DNA from: Campylobacter concisus
Lineage (GTDB): Bacteria; Campylobacterota; Campylobacteria; Campylobacterales; Campylobacteraceae
Direction of reading: 5' to 3'
NCBI RefSeq assembly: GCF_003048375.1
Contig: NZ_CP021642.1
Coordinates: 1,556,527 to 1,620,526, forward strand
Length of the DNA stretch: 64,000 bases
This document shows positions 29,056-39,690 of this stretch, piece by piece. A program made the translations under genes and the position numbers. The notes beneath the pieces were generated by a model. The model was not told the DNA's origin. It saw only the letters and a program-made list of their open reading frames with translations, and searched no databases. Positions within the stretch are counted from its first letter, which is position 1. Every line of letters starts with the position of its first letter.

Positions 29056-30977
29056 TTACTTCTCAAACGCTTTTTGCAAGCTAAATGGAAACGCTTGATA
29101 GCCCATAGCATTTGTCATTTTTATCTCGATGCTAGGCTCTTTTGCACCCCACTCAAACTCATCGATGTGCGGGCTAGGAAGTCCTACTGGGCGACCTTTT
29201 GCGATGTCAAACTGCATACCAGCAACAGCTGAATAGACCATCACGCTATCAAGGTCATCTTGATACTGCGTAAGGCTAGTAACTGAGCTATACCACTCTT
29301 TGCCACGCTCTTTGCCGTACTCCCAGATCTGCTCAACGGTCTTTTTGTTCTCATCGATCTTATAAACGACCGCACGAGAGTACTTCATGCCAGCGATGGC
29401 TGGTTGCTCCATGCCCCTTGTGTCGCCGTTGTCAAAGACGCTTAAATAAATTTCGCCCTTTTTAGACTTGCTGTCTATCCTAAATGCCGTATGTTGCGTC
29501 CATTGCCAGTCAAAGCCACCTTTGTCGCTCTCGTATCCTGGGCATTTTGAGTACTCATCTTCGCAGACGATCTTGTTGCCTTTGCTATCGACTGGCTGAA
29601 GCAGCTTATCTTTAAATTTATCGCTCCAACCCTTGTGAGCGCCCATGATCCATTTTACTTGTTTATCACGGCCGATCTTTATAACTGCGTCTTGATGGCG
29701 GCTTGAGATGATGATGCTATCATCGCTTGGGTCGTAATCCACACTATTTACGTGTGCCCAGTTGCGTCCAGGACCAGCGCCAACTATGTCGCCCCATTTA
29801 TCGTGTGTATCCATAGACTGAAGCTCATCAGAGCTTGCTGTGTGGCCTGCTTTTTTAGCGTCTATGTTTAAGCAAACTGCGCCTTGATCAAGTGTTTTTA
29901 GCACGATGTCGCGGTAAGGATCAAGGATTTCATATAGTCTAAAGTCATCAACTACGTTGCCGTCGCGGTCAAGCTCAACGATGACATCGCGCACTGTTCT
30001 TACGTTTTTGCCATCAGCCCTTTTGTAGTCGGCATTTGCCACGCGCAAGAAGTAGTGTCCGTTTTGTGCTACGTCCATACTGTTCTTACGTTTTTGCCAT
30101 CAGCCCTTTTGTAGTCGGCATTTGCCACGCGCAAGAAGTAGTGTCCGTTTTGTGCTACGTCCATTGAGTGAGAGAAGTCGTTGTAGCTAGCTGGTAGCTC
30201 GCGGTTGAAAATTTCTCTACCCATGATGTCGTATTTTGCGTATCTTTGGCCATATCCCCAAGTCATAGCGCCGTCGTCATTTTGCTTAAAGCCCATCATA
30301 ACGCCAGCATGAAATGGCTGTTTTAGGTCGTAAATTTTACTTGGCTCAAGATACCATCTAACCTCGCCTTTTGTATCAAGGATGAAGTTATTTGGGCTGT
30401 AGTTCCACTCGATCGCACCGCCAGCTGGGTTATTCCAAACGACTTTTGTGCCCTTGCCTGTTTTATTTACAAAGTTATTTACATAGTAGAGGCGGTTTGC
30501 AAATTTAGCACTCGCAGGCTTAGTAACCTCGATCTTGTCAAATAGCGCGCCCTTTTGATTTGGTGTGCCAGCGCTCTCTAGGTAGATAGCTGGAGCGTAA
30601 ATTTTATAGCTCTCTTTTATATGCTCAGTCTTGCCCTTGTAACTCTTGTCGTACTCGACTTCAACGGTGTTTTGATAGTCAGCATACATACCAAAAACTG
30701 GGATGCCACCATGTGTGCGAAGATGCTTGTCAGCCACTTTGTAGCTTATCACCTGACCACCTTGTTTTGGCACGATAGTGACCTTAGCGTTGCTTAGTGT
30801 GTAGCCGCCATTTTTGATGACTGCTGTAAGTGGGGCAGTATCGTATGGATTTACCACTACTTCGCCGATAGCTCCTGTTATAGCGTAGTCAAGTTTAGCT
30901 CCGCTTGGACCGCCTATCGCAAAAGCAGCCGTACAAAGTGCAGAAGCAAGCGCAACAGAACACAAAGTTTTTCTCAT
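29056..30977 (-). pseudogene. periplasmic arylsulfate sulfotransferase-like beta-propeller protein, split into two ORFs by an 86-bp tandem duplication
   Basis: The 5' ORF (30069-30977) has a signal peptide. The 3' ORF (29056-30078) restarts with the same residues MDVAQNGHYFLRVANADYKRADGKNVRTV. Removing one 86-bp copy gives a continuous ~611-aa protein. Confidence 0.6.
29993..30164. repeat. perfect 2 x 86-bp direct tandem duplication inside a CDS
   Basis: 29993-30078 is identical to 30079-30164 (ACTGTTCTTACGTTTTTGCCATCAGCCC...GCTACGTCCAT). 86 is not a multiple of 3. Confidence 0.9.
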
Positions 30978-31288
30978 AACATCTCCTTTAGATAAATTTT
31001 ATAAACTCTACTCATAAAGCTTATAAAATTTAGAAAAAGCCTCGGCAAAAACCAAGGCCTCAATCAGTAAAAGGAATAACAAAAATGATTTGCTTTGTGT
31101 GTAATTGTAGTAAATCTTTATAACATAAATTTCACGCTAAAGTTAATACTAGCTTAAAATTTAAAAATAATTTAAATTTTTACAAATTTAGGTAAAAGTG
31201 GAGTTCGATTTTAATTTTTGTATCTATTAGGATTTGTCAAATTTAATGCAGTTAAATTTACAATTTAGGGGATCTCTCCCCTAAAAAG

Positions 31289-32713
31289 TTATTTCTTAGG
31301 CGAGTCGCTATTTGGTTTTATAAATTTATCGATTAGTCCTTTGCCTATCTCACTTTGGTTTAAGCCTTCAAGCATTGAAGCTAAATTTGTGCCACCTTTT
31401 GAGCTTAGCACGTCACTTATTTTAGATAGGCCGTTTGATACGCTGCCCTCATTTGCGATGATCTTTAGATCAGCTGCACTTAGCGCTTTAGCCTGCTCTA
31501 AGCCCACATCTCTATTTGCCTCGATCTGTTTAATAGAGATAAGATAGGTCTGGTAGCCCTCGTTTTCGCCGATCTCTCTAGCAAGCTCAATCTGTGCATT
31601 TACAGGTGCAAGCTCTTTTAGTCTTAGTGCCTCAGCCTCAGCAGAGCCGATTTTTTGTATACCTTGTGACTCTTTATCTTTAGTCTCCAGTAAAGCAGCA
31701 GCCTCCAAAAATGCCTTCTCTTTCTCACCCTCAGCTGTTAAAATTTGATTTTGTTTGTGTGCTTCAGCGTCTTTGATCTTTGCATTTTTCCTAGCTTCAG
31801 CGTCGATCTCTATCTTTCTTTGCTCTTGCTCAGCTTTAACGATCTCTACTTGTTTTGAAATTTCAGCTTGCTTAACATCAGTAACTCTGATAACTTCCAT
31901 CTCTTTTTCTTTAGTGACCTTCTCTTGGTCAGCCACTTGTTGGCAAGCTTGCTGACGAGAAATAGCAACCTCTCTTTCGTTTTCAACTGTTTTTAGACCT
32001 ACTGCCTTTTCAGCCTCTTGTTTTTTAACATCAGTCTCTTGTTTTGCATTTACTTCAGCGATCTCGGCAATCTTTTTATTCTCAGCCACAGTCATACGAG
32101 ACTCTTTTTCGATTTCTGATTTTTTCTTCTCCATGATATTAAAGATGACCTTGCTATCTCTGCTATCGCGGATGTCCATTAACTCGATATTTTTGACAGG
32201 CTCTATGCCCCAGTTTTGAAGCTGCTCTTTGACTGCAGTTGTAAATTCTAAGCCAAATTCACTTCTTTGCTGCAAAATTTCCTCTAGCTGCTTGCTAGCT
32301 AAGATAGAACGGATCGAGCCTTGAATGATGTCAGTTAGCTGAAGCTCCATATCTTTAAGGTTTATGACGCGTTGCGCTGCTAGGTTGCTATCTTTTATCC
32401 TAAAAAATGCAGTGATATCGACCATAAATGGCAAACGACCGACATCATATGCCTCATAGCCATCTATCTTTATACTAAAAACAGAAACTGGCAAAACTAT
32501 CTTTGTTACACCGATTATTGGTATCCAGCTTGGAAATTCATAGTAGCTATTTCCGTTGGCTGTATCTTTGCCGTAAGATGTGGTGCTTTTTGATGTTTGA
32601 ACGATATGCACCTCATTTGTTGCAACAACGCGCCTAAATAAAAGCGGTATTAAAATGATAAACAGTATAACCACTGCGCCTACAATCATTGGAACTGAAT
32701 ATGCAAATTCCAT
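31289..32713 (-). CDS. flotillin-like SPFH/band-7 domain membrane protein with a long coiled coil
   Basis: N-terminal TM segment. SPFH region. E/K/A-rich coiled-coil segment. Confidence 0.7.
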   Translation of the reverse strand: MEFAYSVPMIVGAVVILFIILIPLLFRRVVATNEVHIVQTSKSTTSYGKDTANGNSYYEFPSWIPIIGVTKIVLPVSVFSIKIDGYEAYDVGRLPFMVDITAFFRIKDSNLAAQRVINLKDMELQLTDIIQGSIRSILASKQLEEILQQRSEFGLEFTTAVKEQLQNWGIEPVKNIELMDIRDSRDSKVIFNIMEKKKSEIEKESRMTVAENKKIAEIAEVNAKQETDVKKQEAEKAVGLKTVENEREVAISRQQACQQVADQEKVTKEKEMEVIRVTDVKQAEISKQVEIVKAEQEQRKIEIDAEARKNAKIKDAEAHKQNQILTAEGEKEKAFLEAAALLETKDKESQGIQKIGSAEAEALRLKELAPVNAQIELAREIGENEGYQTYLISIKQIEANRDVGLEQAKALSAADLKIIANEGSVSNGLSKISDVLSSKGGTNLASMLEGLNQSEIGKGLIDKFIKPNSDSPKK

Positions 32714-32990
32714 TTATTCTCCTTTTTATAATTTTTATAAAATATTAATAACCTACATATTTATGCTAGGTTATACACTTTAGACTTTACTTTAAAATGA
32801 ATTATTTTGCCAAATATGGCATGTTTGAATTAATTTTATATCTACCTCCTTTTAAATACTTTAGTTTTATAAACAAGAATTTTTTGGCTATTATAGTCAG
32901 TAATCCTTAAAATATAATGTAAATGTATTTTTATATTATAAAAAATTATATTGAAACCTTAATCTAAAAACAAAACCACTATGCATAGCA

Positions 32991-33671
32991 TTAGACTTTT
33001 ATTGCCTCTCTTAAAAACCTATATTCTTTAAAAAATTTGCGGAGTGATTTTTGCTCTTTTGGGCCGATCTTGTAGCTTATAAATTTAAGATACCACTTGA
33101 TATCTTGCTCGCTTATGTCGCGGCTTTTGGCATACTGGGCTAATATATAATTTGGAATTTTTACATTTTTTTGCAAAAATTTTGCGACCAGCCTTTTGTA
33201 AAACGAGCCATTTTTTACATAAGAAAATCTACCAAAAACAAAGGGCAAATTTGTCTTTTCATGCCAAATTTGACCAAGGTCGTAAAAGCACTCTTTGCCC
33301 TCGCTTAAGTATGCCTTTAGCGCCCTGTCGCCTATGATCACCTCGCCATTTAGTTTAAGCACCTTGGCTAGGGCGTTTGAGCTAGCTGAGGCAGGATCTG
33401 GCTTTGGGGCTGAGTTTTTGCGCACAAGCACGCTTTTGACATCTTTTTTGGCGACTATTCCAAAATTTAGCTTCTTTAAATTTGCCTTTTTGCTTGCTAT
33501 GCTTGAGATCACCGCAGCGTCGATCTTTCTAGCGTTTAGGGCTCTGTTTAGCTTGCTTGGCACGCCCTTTTTAAACTCGATCGCCTTTTTTATCTGAGAG
33601 CTTAGTGGGGCTGATTTTAAAAATACGTGAAATGGGAGTAAATTTAAATAATCAATCTTTCCAAATATCAT
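32991..33671 (-). CDS. mqnA: MqnA/MqnD-family menaquinone (futalosine pathway) protein, likely chorismate dehydratase
   Basis: N-terminus MIFGKIDYLNLLPF is typical of MqnA. In C. jejuni the homologue lies next to upp. Confidence 0.55.
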   Translation of the reverse strand: MIFGKIDYLNLLPFHVFLKSAPLSSQIKKAIEFKKGVPSKLNRALNARKIDAAVISSIASKKANLKKLNFGIVAKKDVKSVLVRKNSAPKPDPASASSNALAKVLKLNGEVIIGDRALKAYLSEGKECFYDLGQIWHEKTNLPFVFGRFSYVKNGSFYKRLVAKFLQKNVKIPNYILAQYAKSRDISEQDIKWYLKFISYKIGPKEQKSLRKFFKEYRFLREAIKV

Positions 33672-33940
33672 TTTTCATCTTTTACAAGCTCAAATTTAAC
33701 CATCTCATTTTCGTTGCAAACGTCGCGAAATAGCTGGGTTAAGCTCACTTTTGTGGCACTATCCAAAGCATTTTCGTTTTTTAGCTTTATAAGCGTTGGC
33801 TCATTTATCTCGCAAAGGCAGTCAAAGAGCGCGTCTAAATTTTTGCCGTAGTACTCTGGCAGGTCAAATTTCTTCGCTAAATACTCATGCATCTTCTCTT
33901 TTTCGACCATCTTTTTGGCATCTAAGATCACGCTTTTCAT
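33668..33940 (-). CDS. barstar-family ribonuclease inhibitor
   Basis: LPEYYGKNLDALFDCL matches barstar LPEYYGENLDALWDCL. 90 aa. Confidence 0.8.
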   Translation of the reverse strand: MKSVILDAKKMVEKEKMHEYLAKKFDLPEYYGKNLDALFDCLCEINEPTLIKLKNENALDSATKVSLTQLFRDVCNENEMVKFELVKDEK

Positions 33941-34443
33941 TGCATCCTCTTCTCATAAAGCAGATAAAAATGCTCGTAGTGATCGGGCGTGTAGTAGATA
34001 AGCCCGTCGTTTGAGTATAAAATTCTCTCAGCGCCGCGTCTGCCACCATTATAATTTACATCGCACTCAAACCACTTTCTACCATCAGCCTCAGGCAGCC
34101 TCTTTTCTCTGTTTGAAAATCTATCCCCGCCGATACTTTTGCCACCACTTACCTGCCATAAATTTCCGCTTTTTGCGTCCCAGCCAAGTTCAAGTGCCTC
34201 TTTTTTGGTTATGAAATTCTTTGGTAGCTTGTTAAATTTATAGATATAAAGCGCGACCTCATCTTTTGAGGTGTATGAGCCGTTTTCTGCGAGACTCTGG
34301 CTCTTTTGCCCCTCTTTGTTTAGCTGCTCAAGTAAAATTTGAGCGTTTTTGTTTGCCTCGCCGCCCTCTTTTGAAAAAAAGAAGGTGCCAACGATGATGG
34401 CAATGACAAAGGCGACTAGAGCTGGCAAAAGTCTTTTGTTCAA
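33937..34443 (-). CDS. barnase-family secreted guanyl-specific ribonuclease with N-terminal signal/anchor
   Basis: KLPKNFITKKEALELGW...GKSIGGDRFSNREKRLP...ERILYSNDGLIYYTPDHYEHF aligns with barnase (KLPDNYITKSEAQALGW...GKSIGGDIFSNREGKLP...DRILYSSDWLIYKTTDHYQTF). Confidence 0.8.
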   Translation of the reverse strand: MNKRLLPALVAFVIAIIVGTFFFSKEGGEANKNAQILLEQLNKEGQKSQSLAENGSYTSKDEVALYIYKFNKLPKNFITKKEALELGWDAKSGNLWQVSGGKSIGGDRFSNREKRLPEADGRKWFECDVNYNGGRRGAERILYSNDGLIYYTPDHYEHFYLLYEKRMQ

Positions 34444-34452
34444 ATTTAGCCC

Positions 34453-35079
34453 TTAAAGAGTGTTAAAAACTCTATCGCCAGCGTCACCAAGGCCTGGAAC
34501 GATGTAGTTTTTCTCGTTTAGTTTCTCATCGATCGATGCCGTATAGACCTCGACGTCTGGGTAAATTTCGCTAAATCTCTTTAGCCCCTCAGGTGCAGCG
34601 ATGATAGAGATAAATTTGATCTCTTTAACGCCCTTTTCACGCAAGAACTTAACCGCGTCTATCGCCGTGCCGCCAGTCGCAAACATAGGGTCGATGATGA
34701 TCGCCATGCGCTCTTTTGCGTCTTTTGGAAGCTTTGCGTAGAAAAACTCAGCCTGCGCTGTCTCTTCGTTTCGCTGAAAGCCCAAAAAGCCAACGCTAGC
34801 ATCTGGGATGATGGTAAAGACGCTATCAAGCATGCCAAGAGCAGCCCTTAAGATAGGGCATATCATCACCTTTGTAGTGAGCCTTTTTGCGTCTGCCACC
34901 GCAACTGGTGTTTGGATTTTGACATCTTTTACCTTTAAATTTCTAGTCGCCTCAAAGATCATAAGGTAGCTGATCTCATCAACTAGCATGCGAAACTGAA
35001 AAGGCTGGGTGTTTTTATCACGTAAGATTGTTAATTTATGCTCGATCAATGGGTGTGAGATGAGCTTCACGTTTTGCAT
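34453..35079 (-). CDS. upp: uracil phosphoribosyltransferase
   Basis: 208 aa. Typical UPRTase sequence. Confidence 0.95.
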   Translation of the reverse strand: MQNVKLISHPLIEHKLTILRDKNTQPFQFRMLVDEISYLMIFEATRNLKVKDVKIQTPVAVADAKRLTTKVMICPILRAALGMLDSVFTIIPDASVGFLGFQRNEETAQAEFFYAKLPKDAKERMAIIIDPMFATGGTAIDAVKFLREKGVKEIKFISIIAAPEGLKRFSEIYPDVEVYTASIDEKLNEKNYIVPGLGDAGDRVFNTL

Positions 35080-35168
35080 TTTTTGTCCTTAAATTTACTG
35101 TTTTTACAAGGTTTGTCTTTTACAAAATGCCAAGAGGAGAATTTAGCCCAAATTTGGGCTAAATTTGA

Positions 35169-36422
35169 TTAAAAACCTTTTGCAAGTTTGGCTTTGTAAG
35201 CCTCAACATCAAAATCTTTTACTCTCGCTACGCCATCTTCAACCGCAGCTTTTGCAACTGCTGGAGCGACCGCTGTTAGCACGCGCTTGTCAAATGGTTT
35301 TGGGATGATGTACTCTTTGCCAAATTTTAGCTCGCTAACGCCACTTGCTTTTAAAACTTCAGCTGGCACTGGCTCTTTTGCAAGCTGCGCAAGCGCTTTA
35401 GCTGCTGCCATTTTCATATTTTCAGTGATCTTTTTAGCTCTAACATCAAGCGCGCCTCTAAAGATAAATGGAAAGCCCAAAACGTTATTTACTTGGTTAG
35501 GATAGTCGCTTCTGCCTGTGCCCATCATAACGTCATCTCTTACAGCTACGACGTCCTCTGGGAAGATTTCAGGCACTGGGTTTGCCAAAGCGAAGATGAT
35601 AGGCTCTTTGTTCATCGACGCAACCATCTCTTTTGTCACAACGCCAGGCTTAGAAAGGCCTAAAAACATATCAGCGCCCTTCATCGCATCAGCTAAAGTC
35701 CTATCCTCGGTCTCAAGCGCAAATTCAACCTTTTCTGGAGTTAGGTCTGTTCTTTTTGAGTGGATGACGCCTTTGCTGTCTATCATCACGATGTGTTTTG
35801 CGCCAAGTGCTTTATACATCTTTGCGCAAGCGATGCCAGCTGCACCTGCGCCGCTAACTACGATCTTTATCTTAGATATATCTTTACCAGAAATTTCCAT
35901 CGCATTTATAATGCCAGCGCTTGTTATCATCGCTGTGCCGTGCTGATCATCGTGCATTACAGGGATATCGACTGCTTCTTGAAGCTTTCTTTCTATCTCA
36001 AAGCACTTTGGAGCACGGATATCTTCTAAATTTATACCGCCAAATGTCGGAGCAAGAGCCTTGCAAATCTCAACGATCTTATCAGGATCATGCTCATCTA
36101 GCTCGATGTCAAAGGCATCAACGTTTGCAAATTTCTTAAATAGCACCGCCTTGCCCTCCATAACTGGCTTGCCAGCAACAGCGCCGATGTCGCCAAGTCC
36201 AAGAACAGCCGTGCCATCAGTGATGACAGCTACTAAATTTGCTTTATTTGTATATTTATAAGCTAGTTCAGTGTCTGCATTTATCTCACGGCATGGCTCA
36301 GCAACGCCTGGTGTATAGGCCATTGAAAGGTCTCTTGAAGTCTCGCAAGGTGTCTTTACCCTGATCTCGATCTTACCGCCGATGTGGTAGTTTAGTGCCT
36401 CTTCTTTAGTTACATGTGTCAT
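35169..36422 (-). CDS. NAD(P)-dependent malic enzyme (short form)
   Basis: 417 aa with malic enzyme Rossmann region [11 protein letters not shown]. Confidence 0.85.
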   Translation of the reverse strand: MTHVTKEEALNYHIGGKIEIRVKTPCETSRDLSMAYTPGVAEPCREINADTELAYKYTNKANLVAVITDGTAVLGLGDIGAVAGKPVMEGKAVLFKKFANVDAFDIELDEHDPDKIVEICKALAPTFGGINLEDIRAPKCFEIERKLQEAVDIPVMHDDQHGTAMITSAGIINAMEISGKDISKIKIVVSGAGAAGIACAKMYKALGAKHIVMIDSKGVIHSKRTDLTPEKVEFALETEDRTLADAMKGADMFLGLSKPGVVTKEMVASMNKEPIIFALANPVPEIFPEDVVAVRDDVMMGTGRSDYPNQVNNVLGFPFIFRGALDVRAKKITENMKMAAAKALAQLAKEPVPAEVLKASGVSELKFGKEYIIPKPFDKRVLTAVAPAVAKAAVEDGVARVKDFDVEAYKAKLAKGF

Positions 36423-37798
36423 TTCTCTTCCTTTAATAAATTTTGTATTCTTTTTTTGATCTCGTTGCTACCTACTACTTCAAGCACTTCAAAGATACTT
36501 GGGCTCACGCTTGAGCCAGTTAGCGCTATCCTTAGGGCCTGAGCTAGGTCTTTTAGTTTTAAGCCATTTTGCTCTAAAAATTTATTAGTTAGCTCCTCAT
36601 AGCCTTTAGCATCAAGGTCACGGTCTAAAATTTGAGCAAATTTCGCCAAAATTTCTTTGCTATTTTCATTTATAAATTTAGCCCAAGCTTTCTCGTCGTA
36701 GCTTTTTGGAGCGTTGATGATAGCATTTGCGCTGTTTGCCATTTCGATTAGCGTCTTTGATCTCTCACGGAGCGAATTTAGCAGTAGTTCACCCTTTACC
36801 AAAGCCTTAAAATCCACGCCAAATTCAAGCATATCATGCGCTAGCCTCTCATAAGGCAAAGTTTTTATATAGTGAGAATTTAGCCAGTCAAGCTTTTGAG
36901 CGTTGTAGGTGCTTGAGCTTTTGTTGATATCGTTTGGATTGAAGTATTTAAGCATATCCTCGATAGTAAAAATCTCATCATCGCCGTGGCTCCAGCCAAG
37001 ACGAACGAGAAAATTTAAGAGCGCTTCAGGCAAGTAGCCCATCTTTTTATACTCCATAACGTCGGTCGCGCCGTGCCTTTTGCTAAGCTTTTTGCCGTCC
37101 TCGCCGTTTATCATAGCGACGTGATAAAATTTTGGCACCTTAAAGCCAAGCGCCTCGTAAAGAACGATCTGTTTTGGGGTATTTGAGAGGTGATCATCGC
37201 CGCGGATAACGTCTGTTACGCCCATTAGCGCATCGTCTATCACAACTGTGAAGTTATATGTTGGCGTGCCGTCGCTTCTTGCGATGATGAAGTCGTCTAA
37301 GATATCTTCAACCTTAAATTTAACCTCGCCCTTTATGCCATCATGTATGACGATCTCACCACTAAGTGGGGCTTTTATACGGATGACTGGCTCGATGCCA
37401 GCTGGAGGCGTGCCTTTAAAACCTCTATATCTATTATCATATTTTGGGCGTTCTTTTCTAGCCTCTTGGCTAGCTCTAAGCTCCTCAAGCTCCTCTTTGC
37501 TCATATAGCATTTGTAGGCTTTGCCCTCATCAAGCAGCTTTTTAACGTACTCTTTGTAAAGATCAAACCTCTTTGACTGATAGGTCACTTCGCCGTCGTG
37601 ATCTAGCTTGCACCAAGCAAATGCCTCTTTTATAGCTTGTGTGGCTTCTTCTGAGTTTCGTTTTAAGTCAGTATCTTCGATGCGGAGCAGAAATTTTCCA
37701 TTGTTAGCTCTTGCGTATAAATAATTATAAAGAGCTGTCCTAAGTCCGCCTATGTGTAGGTATCCAGTAGGCGACGGAGCAAATCTAGTAACTATCAT
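36419..37798 (-). CDS. gltX: glutamyl-tRNA synthetase (start taken at [18 protein letters not shown])
   Basis: HIGG and KLSKRHG (KMSKS-type) motifs. Confidence 0.9.
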   Translation of the reverse strand: MIVTRFAPSPTGYLHIGGLRTALYNYLYARANNGKFLLRIEDTDLKRNSEEATQAIKEAFAWCKLDHDGEVTYQSKRFDLYKEYVKKLLDEGKAYKCYMSKEELEELRASQEARKERPKYDNRYRGFKGTPPAGIEPVIRIKAPLSGEIVIHDGIKGEVKFKVEDILDDFIIARSDGTPTYNFTVVIDDALMGVTDVIRGDDHLSNTPKQIVLYEALGFKVPKFYHVAMINGEDGKKLSKRHGATDVMEYKKMGYLPEALLNFLVRLGWSHGDDEIFTIEDMLKYFNPNDINKSSSTYNAQKLDWLNSHYIKTLPYERLAHDMLEFGVDFKALVKGELLLNSLRERSKTLIEMANSANAIINAPKSYDEKAWAKFINENSKEILAKFAQILDRDLDAKGYEELTNKFLEQNGLKLKDLAQALRIALTGSSVSPSIFEVLEVVGSNEIKKRIQNLLKEEK

Positions 37799-37868
37799 TT
37801 TGTGCCTTATTTTTATGTTATAATTGCCCAAAATTATATTTACTAAATACTTAAACAAAGGTTTCATT

Positions 37869-38699
37869 ATGAAAAAATTGCTCTTTTTGGCTGCTGGCGT
37901 GTTAAGTGCCTTAAATTTATATTCAGCTCAGATGATAAACGGCATCGCAGCTATCGTGGAGAACGAGCCTATCACGCTTTACGAGGTTTATAGCTTGAAG
38001 GAACAGCTAAAGACAACAGAGCAGGATGCTTTAAATTTGCTTATCAGAGATAGGCTTGAAGATGCACAGATAAAAAACTTAAATTTAAGCGTGACACCTT
38101 TTGAGCTAAACGACAGGATCGAGGCGATCGCAAAGCAAAATGGCATGACAAATTCGCAGTTTAGAAGCTCTATCCAAGCTCAAGGCATGGACTTTTTGGA
38201 CTTCAAAAACAACTTAGAGCACAAGATGCTTCAAGAAAAACTTTATAAAAGCATAGCTGCTGAGGCTGGCAAAAACATAAACGAGCAAAAAGCAAAGGCA
38301 TATTTTGACGCTAATCCTGATAAATTTAAGGTCTTTAGCACCGCTAGAGTCGTAGTTTATAGGGCAAAAGACCCTGATCTACTTGAAGCTCAAAAAACAA
38401 GTCCAAAGCTACTAGACGGCGTGCAAACGCAAGAGGTCAGTTTGGACTACCAAAGCATAGACCCAAGACTTGCTGCAATCATCTCAAGCACAAATAACGG
38501 CGACTACACACAGCCTTTGCAAGGACCTGATAGCTTTGATATGTTTTTAGTAAAAGAGAAGATCGGTTCATACACACCAAGCTTTGCTGATGTAAAAGAT
38601 AACGTTATAAACGAGCTTTACCAAGGCGAGCAAGAAAAATTAATGAGTGATTACTTCGAAAAACTCCGCGCAAAAGCAAAAATTCAAATCCTAAGATAA
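37869..38699 (+). CDS. SurA-like periplasmic chaperone
   Basis: Signal peptide MKKLLFLAAGVLSALNLYSA. SurA N-domain-like sequence. Confidence 0.65.
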   Translation: MKKLLFLAAGVLSALNLYSAQMINGIAAIVENEPITLYEVYSLKEQLKTTEQDALNLLIRDRLEDAQIKNLNLSVTPFELNDRIEAIAKQNGMTNSQFRSSIQAQGMDFLDFKNNLEHKMLQEKLYKSIAAEAGKNINEQKAKAYFDANPDKFKVFSTARVVVYRAKDPDLLEAQKTSPKLLDGVQTQEVSLDYQSIDPRLAAIISSTNNGDYTQPLQGPDSFDMFLVKEKIGSYTPSFADVKDNVINELYQGEQEKLMSDYFEKLRAKAKIQILR

Positions 38700-38703
38700 C
38701 TTC

Positions 38704-38733
38704 AAATTTAGCCACTTTGGTGGCTAAATTTCT
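38704..38733 (+). terminator. rho-independent terminator after the surA-like gene
   Basis: Perfect 10-bp stem ATTTAGCCAC / GTGGCTAAAT with TTTG loop, followed by TT. Confidence 0.6.
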
Positions 38734-38937
38734 CCAAAATTTAACTTCAAACTTTTCAAACTTTATAAGCAAAAACCTGCAAAAGCAGTCAAATTTAATT
38801 ACGATTTTTAGTGAAAAACCAACGCAGATAGCGTAGATGTAAGGGCTACTACAGCTTAAGGAGCAAAAAGTGTGATGCCAGCTCTCCTGAGCTTGCAAGC
38901 ACGAAATTATGACTTATCGCAGCACCTGCGCCCATGC

Positions 38938-39309
38938 CTAAAACAAAAGGAGCTGAGCTTCAAAGCCAAATTTGTATTGATTTAGCACTAAATTTGTGAT
39001 GCTTGCAAAAAGAACGATAGAGATGACACCATAAAACATCGAGAAGTCACGCTCAAAAATTTTACTGATAGCTCCCACTGAGCAAAATTTACTTCTTTGC
39101 ATAAATGCGCCGATGATGATGGCACAAATAAGCGAGATAAATAAATTTGCATGCTGTGAGCCTGGACCTTTTTCTGAGCTAAATAATGCGCCATTTTCGC
39201 CAAGTTTTAGACCAAAGATAAGTGCTATCAAAAGTAAAATAGCGATGATCAGCGGCAAAAATCCTATCGCCTTTGCAGTGTCTTTGCTACTTTTTGGGCA
39301 TGATATCAT
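38938..39309 (-). pseudogene. possible remnant of a polytopic membrane protein gene
   Basis: 123-aa hydrophobic ORF with no RBS. It lies in a decayed stretch next to a second fragment ORF. Confidence 0.3.
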
Positions 39310-39393
39310 CTAAAATATGGCAAATTTATAGGTATAACTCGCGCCTTATCCCTGAAATTCGTAGTATATCAGCTGCCAGCTGGGCTTGCTAAG

Positions 39394-39606
39394 ATGAATA
39401 TTTTTAGTTCTTGCCTATTTACCACGCTTAATGCTAGGGCTTGGTGTGCTGTTTTGCTTGGAGCTGGCTATTTTCTAGGCTCAAACCCTGACAAACAGAC
39501 GCTTCCAATAATAACGATCACCATTTTAGCGGTGGTTGCGGTAATAAGCGCGGTCTATATAGTGAAGCAGTTTTGCTCTCAGGCAAAATGTAGCCATTTT
39601 TCTTAA
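39394..39606 (+). pseudogene. possible C-terminal fragment of a DedA-family membrane protein gene
   Basis: 70 aa. LLGAGYFLGSN resembles a conserved DedA C-terminal motif. Too short to be a full DedA. Confidence 0.3.
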
Positions 39607-39690
39607 AAACTTGTCCTACAAAGACACCAGCAAATAAGCCAACAACACCAGCGATAGCGACTAAATTTAACTATTTGATAACAAAAGAGA

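Noticed and set aside
29993-30164. Considered whether the 86-bp direct repeats could be a CRISPR or minisatellite
   Set aside because: There are only two identical contiguous copies with no spacers. They are inside a CDS, so this is a simple tandem duplication.
31267-31282. Perfect palindrome AGGGGA-TCTC-TCCCCT just downstream of the flotillin gene
   Set aside because: It could be a terminator for the minus-strand flotillin-like gene, but no convincing U-tract follows on either strand. It is not listed as a feature.
38605-38898. 97-aa minus-strand ORF overlapping the surA-like 3' end and its terminator
   Set aside because: It spans the terminator hairpin, has no RBS, and has an implausible composition.
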